DNA from: a virus
Taxonomy: Duplodnaviria > Caudoviricetes
Length of the DNA stretch: 47,296 nucleotides
Strand: one strand, 5' to 3'
IMG/VR virus record: IMGVR_UViG_3300021411_000010
Span: 1 to 47,296 of that record
Position 1 is the stretch's first letter. Every line of letters starts with the position of its first letter. Of the stretch, positions 19,698 to 27,737 are shown piece after piece. A model generated the notes under the pieces. That model searched no databases and was not told the DNA's origin. It was given only the letters and a program-made list of their open reading frames with translations. The translations under genes were made by a program, and so were the position numbers.

Positions 19698-19914
19698 CTT
19701 TTCCCCTTTCGAGAGCTAACTGATATATTTTCTCAAAGATACTAGATGGAAAATTAAATCCAGCATTTCCTACTACAATAACATGAAAATTACTTCGAAA
19801 TAAAAGATCATTCGCATCTTTAGGAAAAAACCATTGATCACGTTCTAAATTTTGTACACGCGCAAATCTGTAGGCTTCTTCGGCATTACCAGCGATTAAA
19901 CAAATTTTAGTCAT
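19684..19914 (-). CDS. Hypothetical protein
   Basis: Coupled ORF in the - strand operon. Confidence 0.65.
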   Translation of the reverse strand: MTKICLIAGNAEEAYRFARVQNLERDQWFFPKDANDLLFRSNFHVIVVGNAGFNFPSSIFEKIYQLALERGKVDRR

Positions 19915-20105
19915 TCTTGTTTATAGCCCTCAATAGGCTCATTCCAAGTATAACATATATCTTGATCAAAGAATTTATGAGCTTCTTTTAGAAATATTAG
20001 TTCTGCTTCTTTTCTATCATTAGCTTCAATATATACTGTCATACTTCTAATTGATCCTTTTTCCCAAGGAATGCAATCAACTTTCCATGAGAAGATTTTA
20101 GTCAT
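19911..20105 (-). CDS. Hypothetical protein
   Basis: Coupled ORF in the operon. Confidence 0.6.
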   Translation of the reverse strand: MTKIFSWKVDCIPWEKGSIRSMTVYIEANDRKEAELIFLKEAHKFFDQDICYTWNEPIEGYKQE

Positions 20106-20108
20106 TCT

Positions 20109-20330
20109 TTAATCTAAACTTCCTGATACTGTTCTTGGTTCAATAAGTTTTCCATCATCATCTAGATAATATCCTTGATCTGCTAATGCTAGTCTACAGT
20201 ATTTACACCCACATTGAATATATTCTTCAAGCTCAGGAGGATAACTTGGACTATCCAAATCTAGAATACAATTTTCTCTCAAATTTTTTCCAATCTTTTT
20301 AAAACGTCCAATGATGTGTGTCCATCCCAT
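20109..20330 (-). CDS. Hypothetical protein with a CxCxxC motif (start uncertain)
   Basis: QCGCKYC; overlaps the upstream gene by ~50 nt. Confidence 0.45.
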   Translation of the reverse strand: MGWTHIIGRFKKIGKNLRENCILDLDSPSYPPELEEYIQCGCKYCRLALADQGYYLDDDGKLIEPRTVSGSLD

Positions 20331-20665
20331 TGTGGAGCACGTTCAACTTCAGGGATATTAAATTTATCCCAATGTTTAAGTTTGTAATGGTAACTAATTT
20401 GACCAAAATCAGTTAGTAGCATTACAATAAAATATCCACCTTCAAACATAGTTCCATCATAATGAAATTTGCTTTTCAATACCTTCCAATATTTTGCAGT
20501 ATGAATACAATTAAACAATGCAATAGTTAGAGCCATCCTCTGTTGATAAAGTTCATGCATTGTATGAAACTCATCTCCAATTTCTTCTGCTTCAATTTCA
20601 ATATATTTAATTGTTTTTTTGCCACTATTAATAAGAGTTGGAGCATAGATTCTAAATTTTCTCAT
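20279..20665 (-). CDS. WDGH-motif phage protein
   Basis: HTMHELYQQR, KSKFHYDG, GQISYH and APQWDGHT motifs. Confidence 0.75.
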   Translation of the reverse strand: MRKFRIYAPTLINSGKKTIKYIEIEAEEIGDEFHTMHELYQQRMALTIALFNCIHTAKYWKVLKSKFHYDGTMFEGGYFIVMLLTDFGQISYHYKLKHWDKFNIPEVERAPQWDGHTSLDVLKRLEKI

Positions 20666-20677
20666 AACTTCACCTTC

Positions 20678-20989
20678 TCACTTAATTACCAATTGAATTT
20701 TAACAATTTCCAAATCTTCCTTCTTTCTACCATCTTCCTTAATATCTATATAATCTTCATATTCTCCAAATGAAGTTTGAACACCTCTCCTTCTACCATT
20801 TTGACAAGCAAACCATTCAACAATACATCTCTTAGCTTTTTTTTGAGTCTCAAACAATCGAGGAACAAACTTAAATATTTTAACTGGCATATTAGGATTA
20901 TCTGGATTCCAATGTGAATATCCACCTCTAGTTTTAACTTCTGGGAATAATTGGCCAGTTCTAATGTGACGAATTACGTAGAATGTCAC
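20678..20989 (-). CDS. Hypothetical protein
   Basis: Coupled ORF; YVIRHIRTG...PRLF. Confidence 0.65.
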   Translation of the reverse strand: MTFYVIRHIRTGQLFPEVKTRGGYSHWNPDNPNMPVKIFKFVPRLFETQKKAKRCIVEWFACQNGRRRGVQTSFGEYEDYIDIKEDGRKKEDLEIVKIQLVIK

Positions 20990-21195
20990 AATTTCACCAT
21001 AATAGATTTTGGACGTGGGATATTATCAATCGCTACTGCTATATTTGTGAATATATCTGTTGCCATTAAACATTTTCCACCAACGATAAGTAATGGTGAT
21101 ATTCCATTACTCTCCTTAATAAAATTATCTCTCCATGAACGAACAAGTTGTGCTGCTAACATTTGATTATCTATAACTAAATTTTTCTTTTTCAC
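20986..21195 (-). CDS. Hypothetical protein
   Basis: GTG start overlapping the polymerase stop. Confidence 0.5.
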   Translation of the reverse strand: MKKKNLVIDNQMLAAQLVRSWRDNFIKESNGISPLLIVGGKCLMATDIFTNIAVAIDNIPRPKSIMVKL

Positions 21196-23669
21196 AATTT
21201 CACCTTCTCGAAAGCTGCATAATGTGTATGACTAATCTCAACATCGCAAGGAATAACTAAATCATAATCTCTCTTAAGAGTACAATATGTTCTAAAATCA
21301 ATCGGTTTTTCCATATGTTTCTTCATAAGTTTTGCGTATGGTTCCCAATTGTTTTCTGGAGCTTGCAGATAGAGAGCATCATGTTTTTCTTGACTCCAAA
21401 GGAAACCTTTGTCATCCTTTAATTCTTCATCAATAGCTAAGGCTGCTTTTTGAATGAGATGAGCTTCAGTACGTTGTGGAATATTCGCATAACCCTCCCC
21501 ATATAAAGAATCGTCCATACGACCGTTAAAAATTCTAACACCCCCAAAAGGATCAATAAGAACGCGAGACGAATCCAATGCATCTTTGATATCTCTCCAA
21601 TAAATCTGTTCTAATTTAGGACTAGCAGCATGAAATATTTCAAGCATCTGTTTAGCTCTCCATTCTGATATATCCATAGGAATTTCATATTTCTGTGCAT
21701 TCGTATTGAATGTAACCATGAATGTATGTTTCTTCATATCGAAATTACCAGCGTGTCTAGTTGTCTTACCTGTATATCTTTCAGGCCCATCTTTCGGAAG
21801 GAAATCAACTATAGGGTGTTTAAAGTTTGGAGAAAGCTCAAGTTTAGACGTATAACCAAAAATCAATCCAGCCGTTCGCCTATGTATATCAACCTTATCG
21901 AATGCTTGTAGAAGTTCCCAATCTTCACTGAGAACGGCTACTATTCTTGCCTGACATTGACTGGCATCAGCCGCTAAGATAACCATTCCATCATCTGCTA
22001 TAAACATGCTTTTAATATCTTTACCTAATCTTCCATGAGCAGATATTGTATGATCCGCAAGACCAATTTTCTTTGGCCTAAGTGGTTTCTTGAGAATTCC
22101 TGTTGATGAACGACATGTTTCAGTCGCTGAAATATTGTAAGCTGATTTGCATCTGCCGTCATAATCAGGACTGAAAGAGATTTGGCGACTTTTCTGATCT
22201 CTGATTCTTCTTTCTTCAAGGACATCATTCAAAATAACCTTTTGTTCTTTTTTCTTTGTTTGTCCAAGAAGAGCAACAATTGAATCTTCACTAGTTGGAT
22301 CTCTTTTTCTTAACTTAAATTTCATAATCTTGTATAGAAGCTCAAACATCTGAGGATAACTCTTAACATTAACTTCCTGACCAATTGCTTCAGTTAATCT
22401 ATCATGCACAACCTTAGCCATCTCTGTATATTTTTTCATTAATTCTTTTTGTCTAGTATGATTAATTCTCTTACCAGTCATTTGTAATTTCAAATATAAT
22501 TTATGTTTCTTCATCATATAATCATAATAATAAGATTTAAGAGGAACATTAAATTTATCAGCAAGTGCTAACAAATCTTCTTCTTGAGCTTCATCTACTT
22601 CATATTCGACAGCGCAGTCTCTAGCATTGTATTCAAGAAACTTATCAAATTTAATTTTGCCCAACTTGAACTCTTTTCCGTCATCTTTATAATATGGTTC
22701 TCTTGTCCATATGCTACTGACAACACATAACCTTTTATCGGGTAATTCGGGAAAGATAACTCTAGTTTTAATAAGGGTGTCTGAATAGACAAATGGAGTC
22801 TCAAATCCGATGAGGCCCAATTTGTATTCGTCGTACATAAAATTATGTCCAATAATTCTGCATCTTCTGAGCTGAGCATCAATCATCCTCCAAACTTCAT
22901 CAAGCTCGTTATCACCCATATCAGTAAGATTGCTATTACCGATAGATCGAAGAAGGGGAATAGAGATTGCGTGATGCTTATTAAAAGCAAATCCAACACA
23001 AACAGGAACACAATTAATGCTCTCAATATCCACAGCAGCTTTATCAAAATTTTCGTATTCGCGAAAAAATCTGTGAACATCGAGACTGTTCCTTGCTATT
23101 GAAAGTGTTCGGGATGGAAGATTTAATTCTTTAGTGAGTGACTCCTCAGCGGCTCGAATAATATCTGCTTCTATTAGTTTTAAATAGACCCAAGATAATC
23201 CTCCGCGAGAGTCTTCAGAATCTGTTGCTCCATGTGAGAACAGAGCGGCTGGATGTATTGTTGCTACAACCTTTGTGTGACCATCATTAGCAGTGAGAAT
23301 AGAACCGCGATAATTAAGAATACCACTAACACCGGCAACGGCTTGTAAAGCAAGATCCCCAATAGCAAGAATACAATTAGGATGAAGTTTATTAATTTCA
23401 TTTTCCCAAAGCTCCTTAACCGAATCATCTATACTAACGTTAATTAAATGTAATTTTTTAAGATCATTTAGAGGAGGACGATACTTAATAACATTAGTTA
23501 TGTATGTGTCTGAACGACGTATTCCAGCTTTGAATAAACAATCATCTAAAATTCTGCCTGTTGGACCAACAAATGGAATTCCTTGTTCATCCTCATAACG
23601 TCCTGGAGCTTCACCTACAATTAATAGTTGAGGAGTGACTGAACCAATTCCAGGGATGTAATTAGGCAT
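21192..23669 (-). CDS. polA: DNA polymerase family A with an N-terminal family-4 UDG-like domain and a 3'-5' exonuclease (SPO1-type architecture)
   Basis: UDG: GEAPG, PFVGPTG, TNVIKYRPP, HPAA. Exonuclease: DIE, GHNFMYD, YNARD. Polymerase: DASQCQAR, KTTRHAGNF, HDA. Confidence 0.92.
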   Translation of the reverse strand: MPNYIPGIGSVTPQLLIVGEAPGRYEDEQGIPFVGPTGRILDDCLFKAGIRRSDTYITNVIKYRPPLNDLKKLHLINVSIDDSVKELWENEINKLHPNCILAIGDLALQAVAGVSGILNYRGSILTANDGHTKVVATIHPAALFSHGATDSEDSRGGLSWVYLKLIEADIIRAAEESLTKELNLPSRTLSIARNSLDVHRFFREYENFDKAAVDIESINCVPVCVGFAFNKHHAISIPLLRSIGNSNLTDMGDNELDEVWRMIDAQLRRCRIIGHNFMYDEYKLGLIGFETPFVYSDTLIKTRVIFPELPDKRLCVVSSIWTREPYYKDDGKEFKLGKIKFDKFLEYNARDCAVEYEVDEAQEEDLLALADKFNVPLKSYYYDYMMKKHKLYLKLQMTGKRINHTRQKELMKKYTEMAKVVHDRLTEAIGQEVNVKSYPQMFELLYKIMKFKLRKRDPTSEDSIVALLGQTKKKEQKVILNDVLEERRIRDQKSRQISFSPDYDGRCKSAYNISATETCRSSTGILKKPLRPKKIGLADHTISAHGRLGKDIKSMFIADDGMVILAADASQCQARIVAVLSEDWELLQAFDKVDIHRRTAGLIFGYTSKLELSPNFKHPIVDFLPKDGPERYTGKTTRHAGNFDMKKHTFMVTFNTNAQKYEIPMDISEWRAKQMLEIFHAASPKLEQIYWRDIKDALDSSRVLIDPFGGVRIFNGRMDDSLYGEGYANIPQRTEAHLIQKAALAIDEELKDDKGFLWSQEKHDALYLQAPENNWEPYAKLMKKHMEKPIDFRTYCTLKRDYDLVIPCDVEISHTHYAAFEKVKL

Positions 23670-23857
23670 TATTCAATAAATCTCTTCTTAATCCATTCAG
23701 CATCTTTTCCAACTGGCGTACTAATATGAGTTATCTTTTTACCATATAAAACTGTAACTCCATCTTCACTTAACCATCCATCACACTTATTGCATACTAA
23801 AAAATTATAAGCATATGATTTTGTTACCCATTCATGTTCACATTTATTTTTTTCCAT
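23669..23857 (-). CDS. Small zinc-binding-like protein
   Basis: CEHEW...CNKC. Confidence 0.6.
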   Translation of the reverse strand: MEKNKCEHEWVTKSYAYNFLVCNKCDGWLSEDGVTVLYGKKITHISTPVGKDAEWIKKRFIE

Positions 23858-23882
23858 TATGCAACCAGCTCTGATGAAGACA

Positions 23883-24119
23883 TCAGTCTATAATAATTTC
23901 ATAGTAATATTTAAAAATATTTTCATAATCTAAACAATGTGGAAGTGCTTCTATATGATCTTCTTTAATCCATTCAATATATTCTTCTCTAGTTGCTTCT
24001 TTTATGATTAATACATTTCCATAATACTCACCAAGTTCTCTACTGTGTAATCCTGCAAAACCTTCATCACCAATCTTTAGTATTCCTAATGGAATAGGCT
24101 TATGGGAACGAAAAATCAT
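23883..24119 (-). CDS. Hypothetical protein
   Basis: Likely start MIFRSH overlapping the upstream stop; IIKEATREEY...YYYEIIID. Confidence 0.55.
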   Translation of the reverse strand: MIFRSHKPIPLGILKIGDEGFAGLHSRELGEYYGNVLIIKEATREEYIEWIKEDHIEALPHCLDYENIFKYYYEIIID

Positions 24120-24370
24120 GCTATATCTTCTCTTTCTTGTTCCTTCTGTTTCTCTCTTATCCATTCTAAAGCTTGATAACCGTATTTAAATTTTTCTAAC
24201 TGAACCTCATGCGTGCGGCTCCAACGAGCTATTAGAAGATCTTCTGAAATTGAGCCTAAACTACGTCTCAACGATTTAGAAGTTTGAACTGTTGTCCATT
24301 TAGGATTAACTAACAATTTTTCTCTATGAAATCTATATGTTTCTTTCGCTCGCTCAATCCATTTTCGCAT
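24116..24370 (-). CDS. Helix-turn-helix protein (ParB-HTH-like)
   Basis: WTTVQTSKSLRRSLGSISEDLLIA has the HTH spacing seen in phage ParB-type proteins. Confidence 0.55.
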   Translation of the reverse strand: MRKWIERAKETYRFHREKLLVNPKWTTVQTSKSLRRSLGSISEDLLIARWSRTHEVQLEKFKYGYQALEWIREKQKEQEREDIA

Positions 24371-24377
24371 TTGTTCT

Positions 24378-24446
24378 CCAAGAGAAAAACACAGAAAAAT
24401 CTCATCTCCGATCTGAGTTTCTTATTCATTTGTTTTTTCCTCTTGG
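24378..24446 (-). other. Long imperfect intergenic hairpin overlapping the SD of the HTH gene
   Basis: Stacked stems CCAAGAG/CTCTTGG, AAAAACA/TGTTTTT, AGAAA/TTTCT and CTCA/TGAG. Confidence 0.6.
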
Positions 24447-24472
24447 TCGTAGCAGGAAGTTAGCCGCTGTGC

Positions 24473-24814
24473 CTATTTAGTAATTAAATAACAAACCAAG
24501 CTTGTACTTAATCCACCAGATGGACTTTTTAATTCAAATATTTTTTTACCATCACATTCATACCAACCAACATTAGATGGGAGCCGAATATCATTTAAGG
24601 CTAGACCTAAATATTTTTTATCCCTAGACCAAACTTCAAAGCCGTATTTCATCGGCCTTAATTGTGATGTGTCAAAAAACATATTCTGTTCTGCAATTAT
24701 GGCTTGAAAAATATTAGCAATGTGTGGAGCAATAATAGCTAATTCTAATGCTGTTACTTTAACTCCACGTCCTAAATCTCCACCATCAGGATCGAATCTT
24801 AATAGAATGCTCAT
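24473..24814 (-). CDS. Hypothetical protein
   Basis: Strong GAGGAGG SD. Confidence 0.7.
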   Translation of the reverse strand: MSILLRFDPDGGDLGRGVKVTALELAIIAPHIANIFQAIIAEQNMFFDTSQLRPMKYGFEVWSRDKKYLGLALNDIRLPSNVGWYECDGKKIFELKSPSGGLSTSLVCYLITK

Positions 24815-24828
24815 TCATCCTCCTCATC

Positions 24829-24937
24829 TAACATAATGGGGTCCGTTTGCCTGATCCCATATTATCATTTGGCATGTTGAGCATGACGGACCAAGCGGCC
24901 ACACTTAAACCAAATGCCGGCGAATCAGACTACGTTA
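24829..24937 (-). ncRNA. Candidate pseudoknotted structured RNA
   Basis: Five nested helices plus a 7-bp crossing helix (GGUCCGU/ACGGACC) fill almost the whole intergenic gap. Every mismatch within the stems is G-U on the - strand. Confidence 0.6.
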
Positions 24938-24942
24938 TTAAA

Positions 24943-25323
24943 CTAGCTCATAGGCTTGAAATCTGCTACGTCATTATAATCATTCCCTTTATTTGATTTT
25001 CCACGTTTCACATAAATCATTAACTTATGTCCAACAGTCTGTTCAAATAACTGAGAAGAAAGTTCATAGCCCTTAACGGTATCATATGGGAAATTAAGAG
25101 TTTTCCATAGAGACTTACCAAATCCTAGAGCTTTCTCATTAAATAACTTTTGGCAAATAACACCCTTACCGGCTCCATCAATAATTTTAAAGTAAAATAA
25201 ACAATTAGTTGAGTGATCTGTGTCTGCTTCCTTTTCTTTATATTCTACTATTTCCGCAGGATGCCAAGTTGTCTCTACAAGATCTCCTCGTTTGAGATCA
25301 TCGGGTGTAAGGATTGCTCTCAT
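24943..25323 (-). CDS. DUF669-like single-stranded DNA-binding protein
   Basis: WHPAEIVEY...FYFKIIDG...VGHKLMIYVK...YNDVADF OB-fold pattern near the Sak4-like ATPase; start after an AAAGGA SD. Confidence 0.65.
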   Translation of the reverse strand: MRAILTPDDLKRGDLVETTWHPAEIVEYKEKEADTDHSTNCLFYFKIIDGAGKGVICQKLFNEKALGFGKSLWKTLNFPYDTVKGYELSSQLFEQTVGHKLMIYVKRGKSNKGNDYNDVADFKPMS

Positions 25324-25360
25324 TGTTGTTTTTCCTTTTGTTGTTGGTTTGTTGGATTGT

Positions 25361-25594
25361 TTACTCGTTACAAGCAATAGCCTTATTTACCATAGTAACT
25401 ACTTTTTCTAAGTCAGTTAATGCTATAGAAAGCTCCCTTGATTTAGGTGCATTCTCACAACATAAAATAGCAAATGCTTTAGCTGCATCTCTAATAAGGA
25501 CATATCTTTCAGGTTGGTCTTCTTTAGGAGCATGATATGTATAACTATTATCAAGTGCTTTCTGAGTTGCTAAATCAATTTTATATTTAGCCAT
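25361..25594 (-). CDS. Acb2/Tad1-like helical hairpin protein (putative immune-signal sponge)
   Basis: YTYHAPKEDQPERY...SRELSIALTDLEKVVTMVNKAIA resembles the Tad1 SRENACALTHVEEALMW helix. Confidence 0.7.
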   Translation of the reverse strand: MAKYKIDLATQKALDNSYTYHAPKEDQPERYVLIRDAAKAFAILCCENAPKSRELSIALTDLEKVVTMVNKAIACNE

Positions 25595-25794
25595 TAGATA
25601 TGTAACTTTCTCATTTTATCAAGAATATCTTCTACTCCAGGAGCATTATCTAATGCAAGTAATAATTCTTTACGGGCTTTAATTTCTTTCTCTAATTCTG
25701 TAATTTGTTGTGTAACTAACATTCTAACAGGAGGATTACGAAGTTTATTAATAGCTTGATTAGCAAGTGTCTGATCGTATTCGTTTTCCGACAT
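25594..25794 (-). CDS. Small coiled-coil protein
   Basis: Coupled ORF. Confidence 0.6.
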   Translation of the reverse strand: MSENEYDQTLANQAINKLRNPPVRMLVTQQITELEKEIKARKELLLALDNAPGVEDILDKMRKLHI

Positions 25795-26685
25795 TTACAC
25801 CTTCCATCCTGTTCTCTGTTCAAATGGATTAGTTAAGTCTCTAGTTGGAATATTTTCATCTAAATCTATAGGTTTCTTAGGTTCAATTCCTCTACTCTTA
25901 TCAATAAGTTCCTTCCATACAGTATAAAATAATTTATCAGTAATATCAAATTCCTTTACATAATCACCTAGAAGAGGAGATTTAGCATATTCATCTCCCA
26001 TAGCTTCAGTATTAACTATGTATCTTTTCCTACTTGAACCTGAAGAGAAATCGGATAGTTGTGAAAAATGATAAATCTCTGTGAACGAACCTGGAACCAT
26101 ACTAGCTACTTTAGAACCATAAGATACTATAGGATTAGTTCTAATAACTTTCATAGTAACACCACTGCCGCTAAGACTCACTCCAGCTAGAGGATGTGCA
26201 GTCCAGATTACATGACAGGGAAGTTTTTTAGATATATCTATACATTGACTTACTATACTAGTTTCAACTTTGTATTCATCCCAATCTGGAAGAACATCTT
26301 TAATCTTTTTCTTGAGTTTTGGGTCTTTACCGAAATTCATAGACCAGTTAACGGCACCGGCAGTCATAAATGTAATAGAATCATTAATGATAGCAAAGTA
26401 ACGACAATCATTAGTAAAATCAATAAGTTTATTAAGATATGCATTGGCATTGTCCGAGCCGTAAACATCATATTCAATATTGTCCAGAATTTTCTTAGCA
26501 AGAGAACCAAACCTTTTCTCTGTGAAATACGTAGTTAGTTCAACAGGTTTACTTTTATCCCAATAAGCTAAATAGACTGGACCTTCTACTGCGAAAGATG
26601 CTGCGGCTAATGTTTTACCAAATCCAGGACTAGATTTGAATAAGAAAGATATGTTGTTGTCAGGAGTTATTTGTGAAGCTTTCAA
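25795..26685 (-). CDS. Sak4/AAA_24-like ATPase (ssDNA annealing recombinase)
   Basis: SSPGFGKT Walker A, IINDSIT Walker B, HVIWTAH; clustered with SSB and exonuclease genes. Confidence 0.75.
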   Translation of the reverse strand: MKASQITPDNNISFLFKSSPGFGKTLAAASFAVEGPVYLAYWDKSKPVELTTYFTEKRFGSLAKKILDNIEYDVYGSDNANAYLNKLIDFTNDCRYFAIINDSITFMTAGAVNWSMNFGKDPKLKKKIKDVLPDWDEYKVETSIVSQCIDISKKLPCHVIWTAHPLAGVSLSGSGVTMKVIRTNPIVSYGSKVASMVPGSFTEIYHFSQLSDFSSGSSRKRYIVNTEAMGDEYAKSPLLGDYVKEFDITDKLFYTVWKELIDKSRGIEPKKPIDLDENIPTRDLTNPFEQRTGWKV

Positions 26686-26909
26686 GCTCTTTTCCTTTTC
26701 TTTATTAATTTCAGGTTTTTTGTCTCAAACGGTTTGATAACATCTATATTATAGAATGCACCAGCTACAGTAACCCATATCCATGATTCACTACAGTTCC
26801 AACGAATTGCATCTCTACGAACGGCTTCCTTGATTTGTGTGATTGCACGTAGTGTTGTTTGATATTTTTTCTGTTTTGTTCGTGGTTGATATTTCATTTT
26901 ATATCTCAT
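26682..26909 (-). CDS. Small basic DNA-binding-like protein (RHH-like)
   Basis: IKEAVRRDAIRWNCSESW pattern; very basic. Confidence 0.5.
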   Translation of the reverse strand: MRYKMKYQPRTKQKKYQTTLRAITQIKEAVRRDAIRWNCSESWIWVTVAGAFYNIDVIKPFETKNLKLIKKRKRA

Positions 26910-27192
26910 CCTCTTCTGGTTGTGTAATTTGTTGGAGTCTATCCGATAAATTTATTGTAGGGGGAACTATTTCATTTTTAGGCTTATGACAATTATTGCA
27001 ATGAGGCTTAGCAAGACGTAGAGAATACTCATTCATAATGAATGGTTCACCACATCTCCAACAAATAGAACGTTTGCCTAATGCTAAAGATTGATTAATT
27101 TTAGCTGAACAATCTGGAAGAGTACAAAAGAAAATCTCATTCCCAGATTTGTAACGAAGTCTTCGAAACTTGTGAACGTGCTTCTCAGTCAT
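26899..27192 (-). CDS. Zinc-finger protein
   Basis: HxH, CxxxxC, CWRCG, CNNC. True start is MTEKHVHK; the track extension runs into the tRNA. Confidence 0.7.
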   Translation of the reverse strand: MTEKHVHKFRRLRYKSGNEIFFCTLPDCSAKINQSLALGKRSICWRCGEPFIMNEYSLRLAKPHCNNCHKPKNEIVPPTINLSDRLQQITQPEEDEI

Positions 27193-27210
27193 TTCTTTCT
27201 CTCTGCTTAG

Positions 27211-27294
27211 TGCCGGATTCCAGATTCGAACTGGAAAATCATCTCTGATGTTGGATTTTAAGTCCAATGCGTTTGCCTATTTCGCCAATCCGGC
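27211..27294 (-). tRNA. trnL: tRNA-Leu (anticodon UAA), 84 nt, CCA not encoded
   Basis: GCCGGAT/ATCCGGC acceptor stem with A73; D loop with GG; TTGGA-CTTAAAA-TCCAA anticodon arm; long variable arm CATC-AGA-GATG; TCCAG-TTCGAAT-CTGGA T arm. Confidence 0.95.
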
Positions 27295-27298
27295 ATGA

Positions 27299-27364
27299 AC
27301 TTCTACACTATCCTTGAGAACTACTTCTACACTATCCTACTTCTACACTATCCTACTTCTACAC
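27299..27364 (-). repeat. Tandem 16-nt repeat ACTTCTACACTATCCT (3 full copies plus 1 partial) directly 5' of the tRNA
   Basis: Copies at 27299, 27323 and 27339; partial copy at 27355. Confidence 0.9.
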
Positions 27365-27372
27365 AATGTGTC

Positions 27373-27500
27373 GGGGAAACCGTTGTAGAAGGTCATCATT
27401 TAGTGACGCATACTAATCAACGATTTCCCCTATCATTTTCTCGAGCACTACTGTTGACTCGTACCACTTTCATACGTACACAACGGCAACGAGAAAATGA
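27373..27500 (-). ncRNA. Two adjacent long hairpins upstream of the repeats and tRNA (candidate structured RNA)
   Basis: UCAUUUUCUCG/CGAGAAAAUGA (11 bp, inner stems ending in a GAAA loop) and GGGGAAAUCGUUG/CAACGGUUUCCCC (13 bp, one G-U). Confidence 0.6.
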
Positions 27501-27503
27501 GTT

Positions 27504-27737
27504 TCAATGTTGTTTTTCATCTTGTATTTTTATTGTAAGTTTAAGCATAAGATATTGTTTGTTTAATTCTTTAAGAAAGAATGGATCTAATATAGCTAGT
27601 GTAGTACAAAAACCTAAAAGACTTATACAAAATTCATAATCTGTTCTCATTCTTGTTGCTATAATTTTTATATTTTCATCAAGAACGCATTCAATAATTT
27701 TATCCAAAGATTGATTTAAAATTTCTTGATTTGTCAT
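27504..27737 (-). CDS. Hypothetical protein
   Basis: Start MTNQEI coupled to the exonuclease stop. Confidence 0.55.
   Translation of the reverse strand: MTNQEILNQSLDKIIECVLDENIKIIATRMRTDYEFCISLLGFCTTLAILDPFFLKELNKQYLMLKLTIKIQDEKQH

Noticed and set aside
17643-23669. Z-genome (2-aminoadenine) or 7-deazaguanine pathway
   Set aside because: MazG and PolA are present, but no PurZ, DatZ, DpdA or Que/FolE genes were recognised.
24829-24937. Hammerhead, HDV-like/theta, twister or pistol ribozyme
   Set aside because: No CUGAnGA/GAAA core, and I could not fit the helix order of these classes by eye. It is left unclassified pending an Rfam search.
27299-27364. Mini CRISPR array
   Set aside because: The units are 16 nt and mostly abut, with one 8-nt gap and no unique spacers. 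The Cas4-like gene fits the Sak4/SSB recombination module.
27193-27639. Track ORF extension to 27267 (-) and ORF 27295..27639 (+)
   Set aside because: They overlap the tRNA, repeats and hairpins. The + ORF is antisense to the operon and its repetitive peptide merely reflects the DNA repeat.
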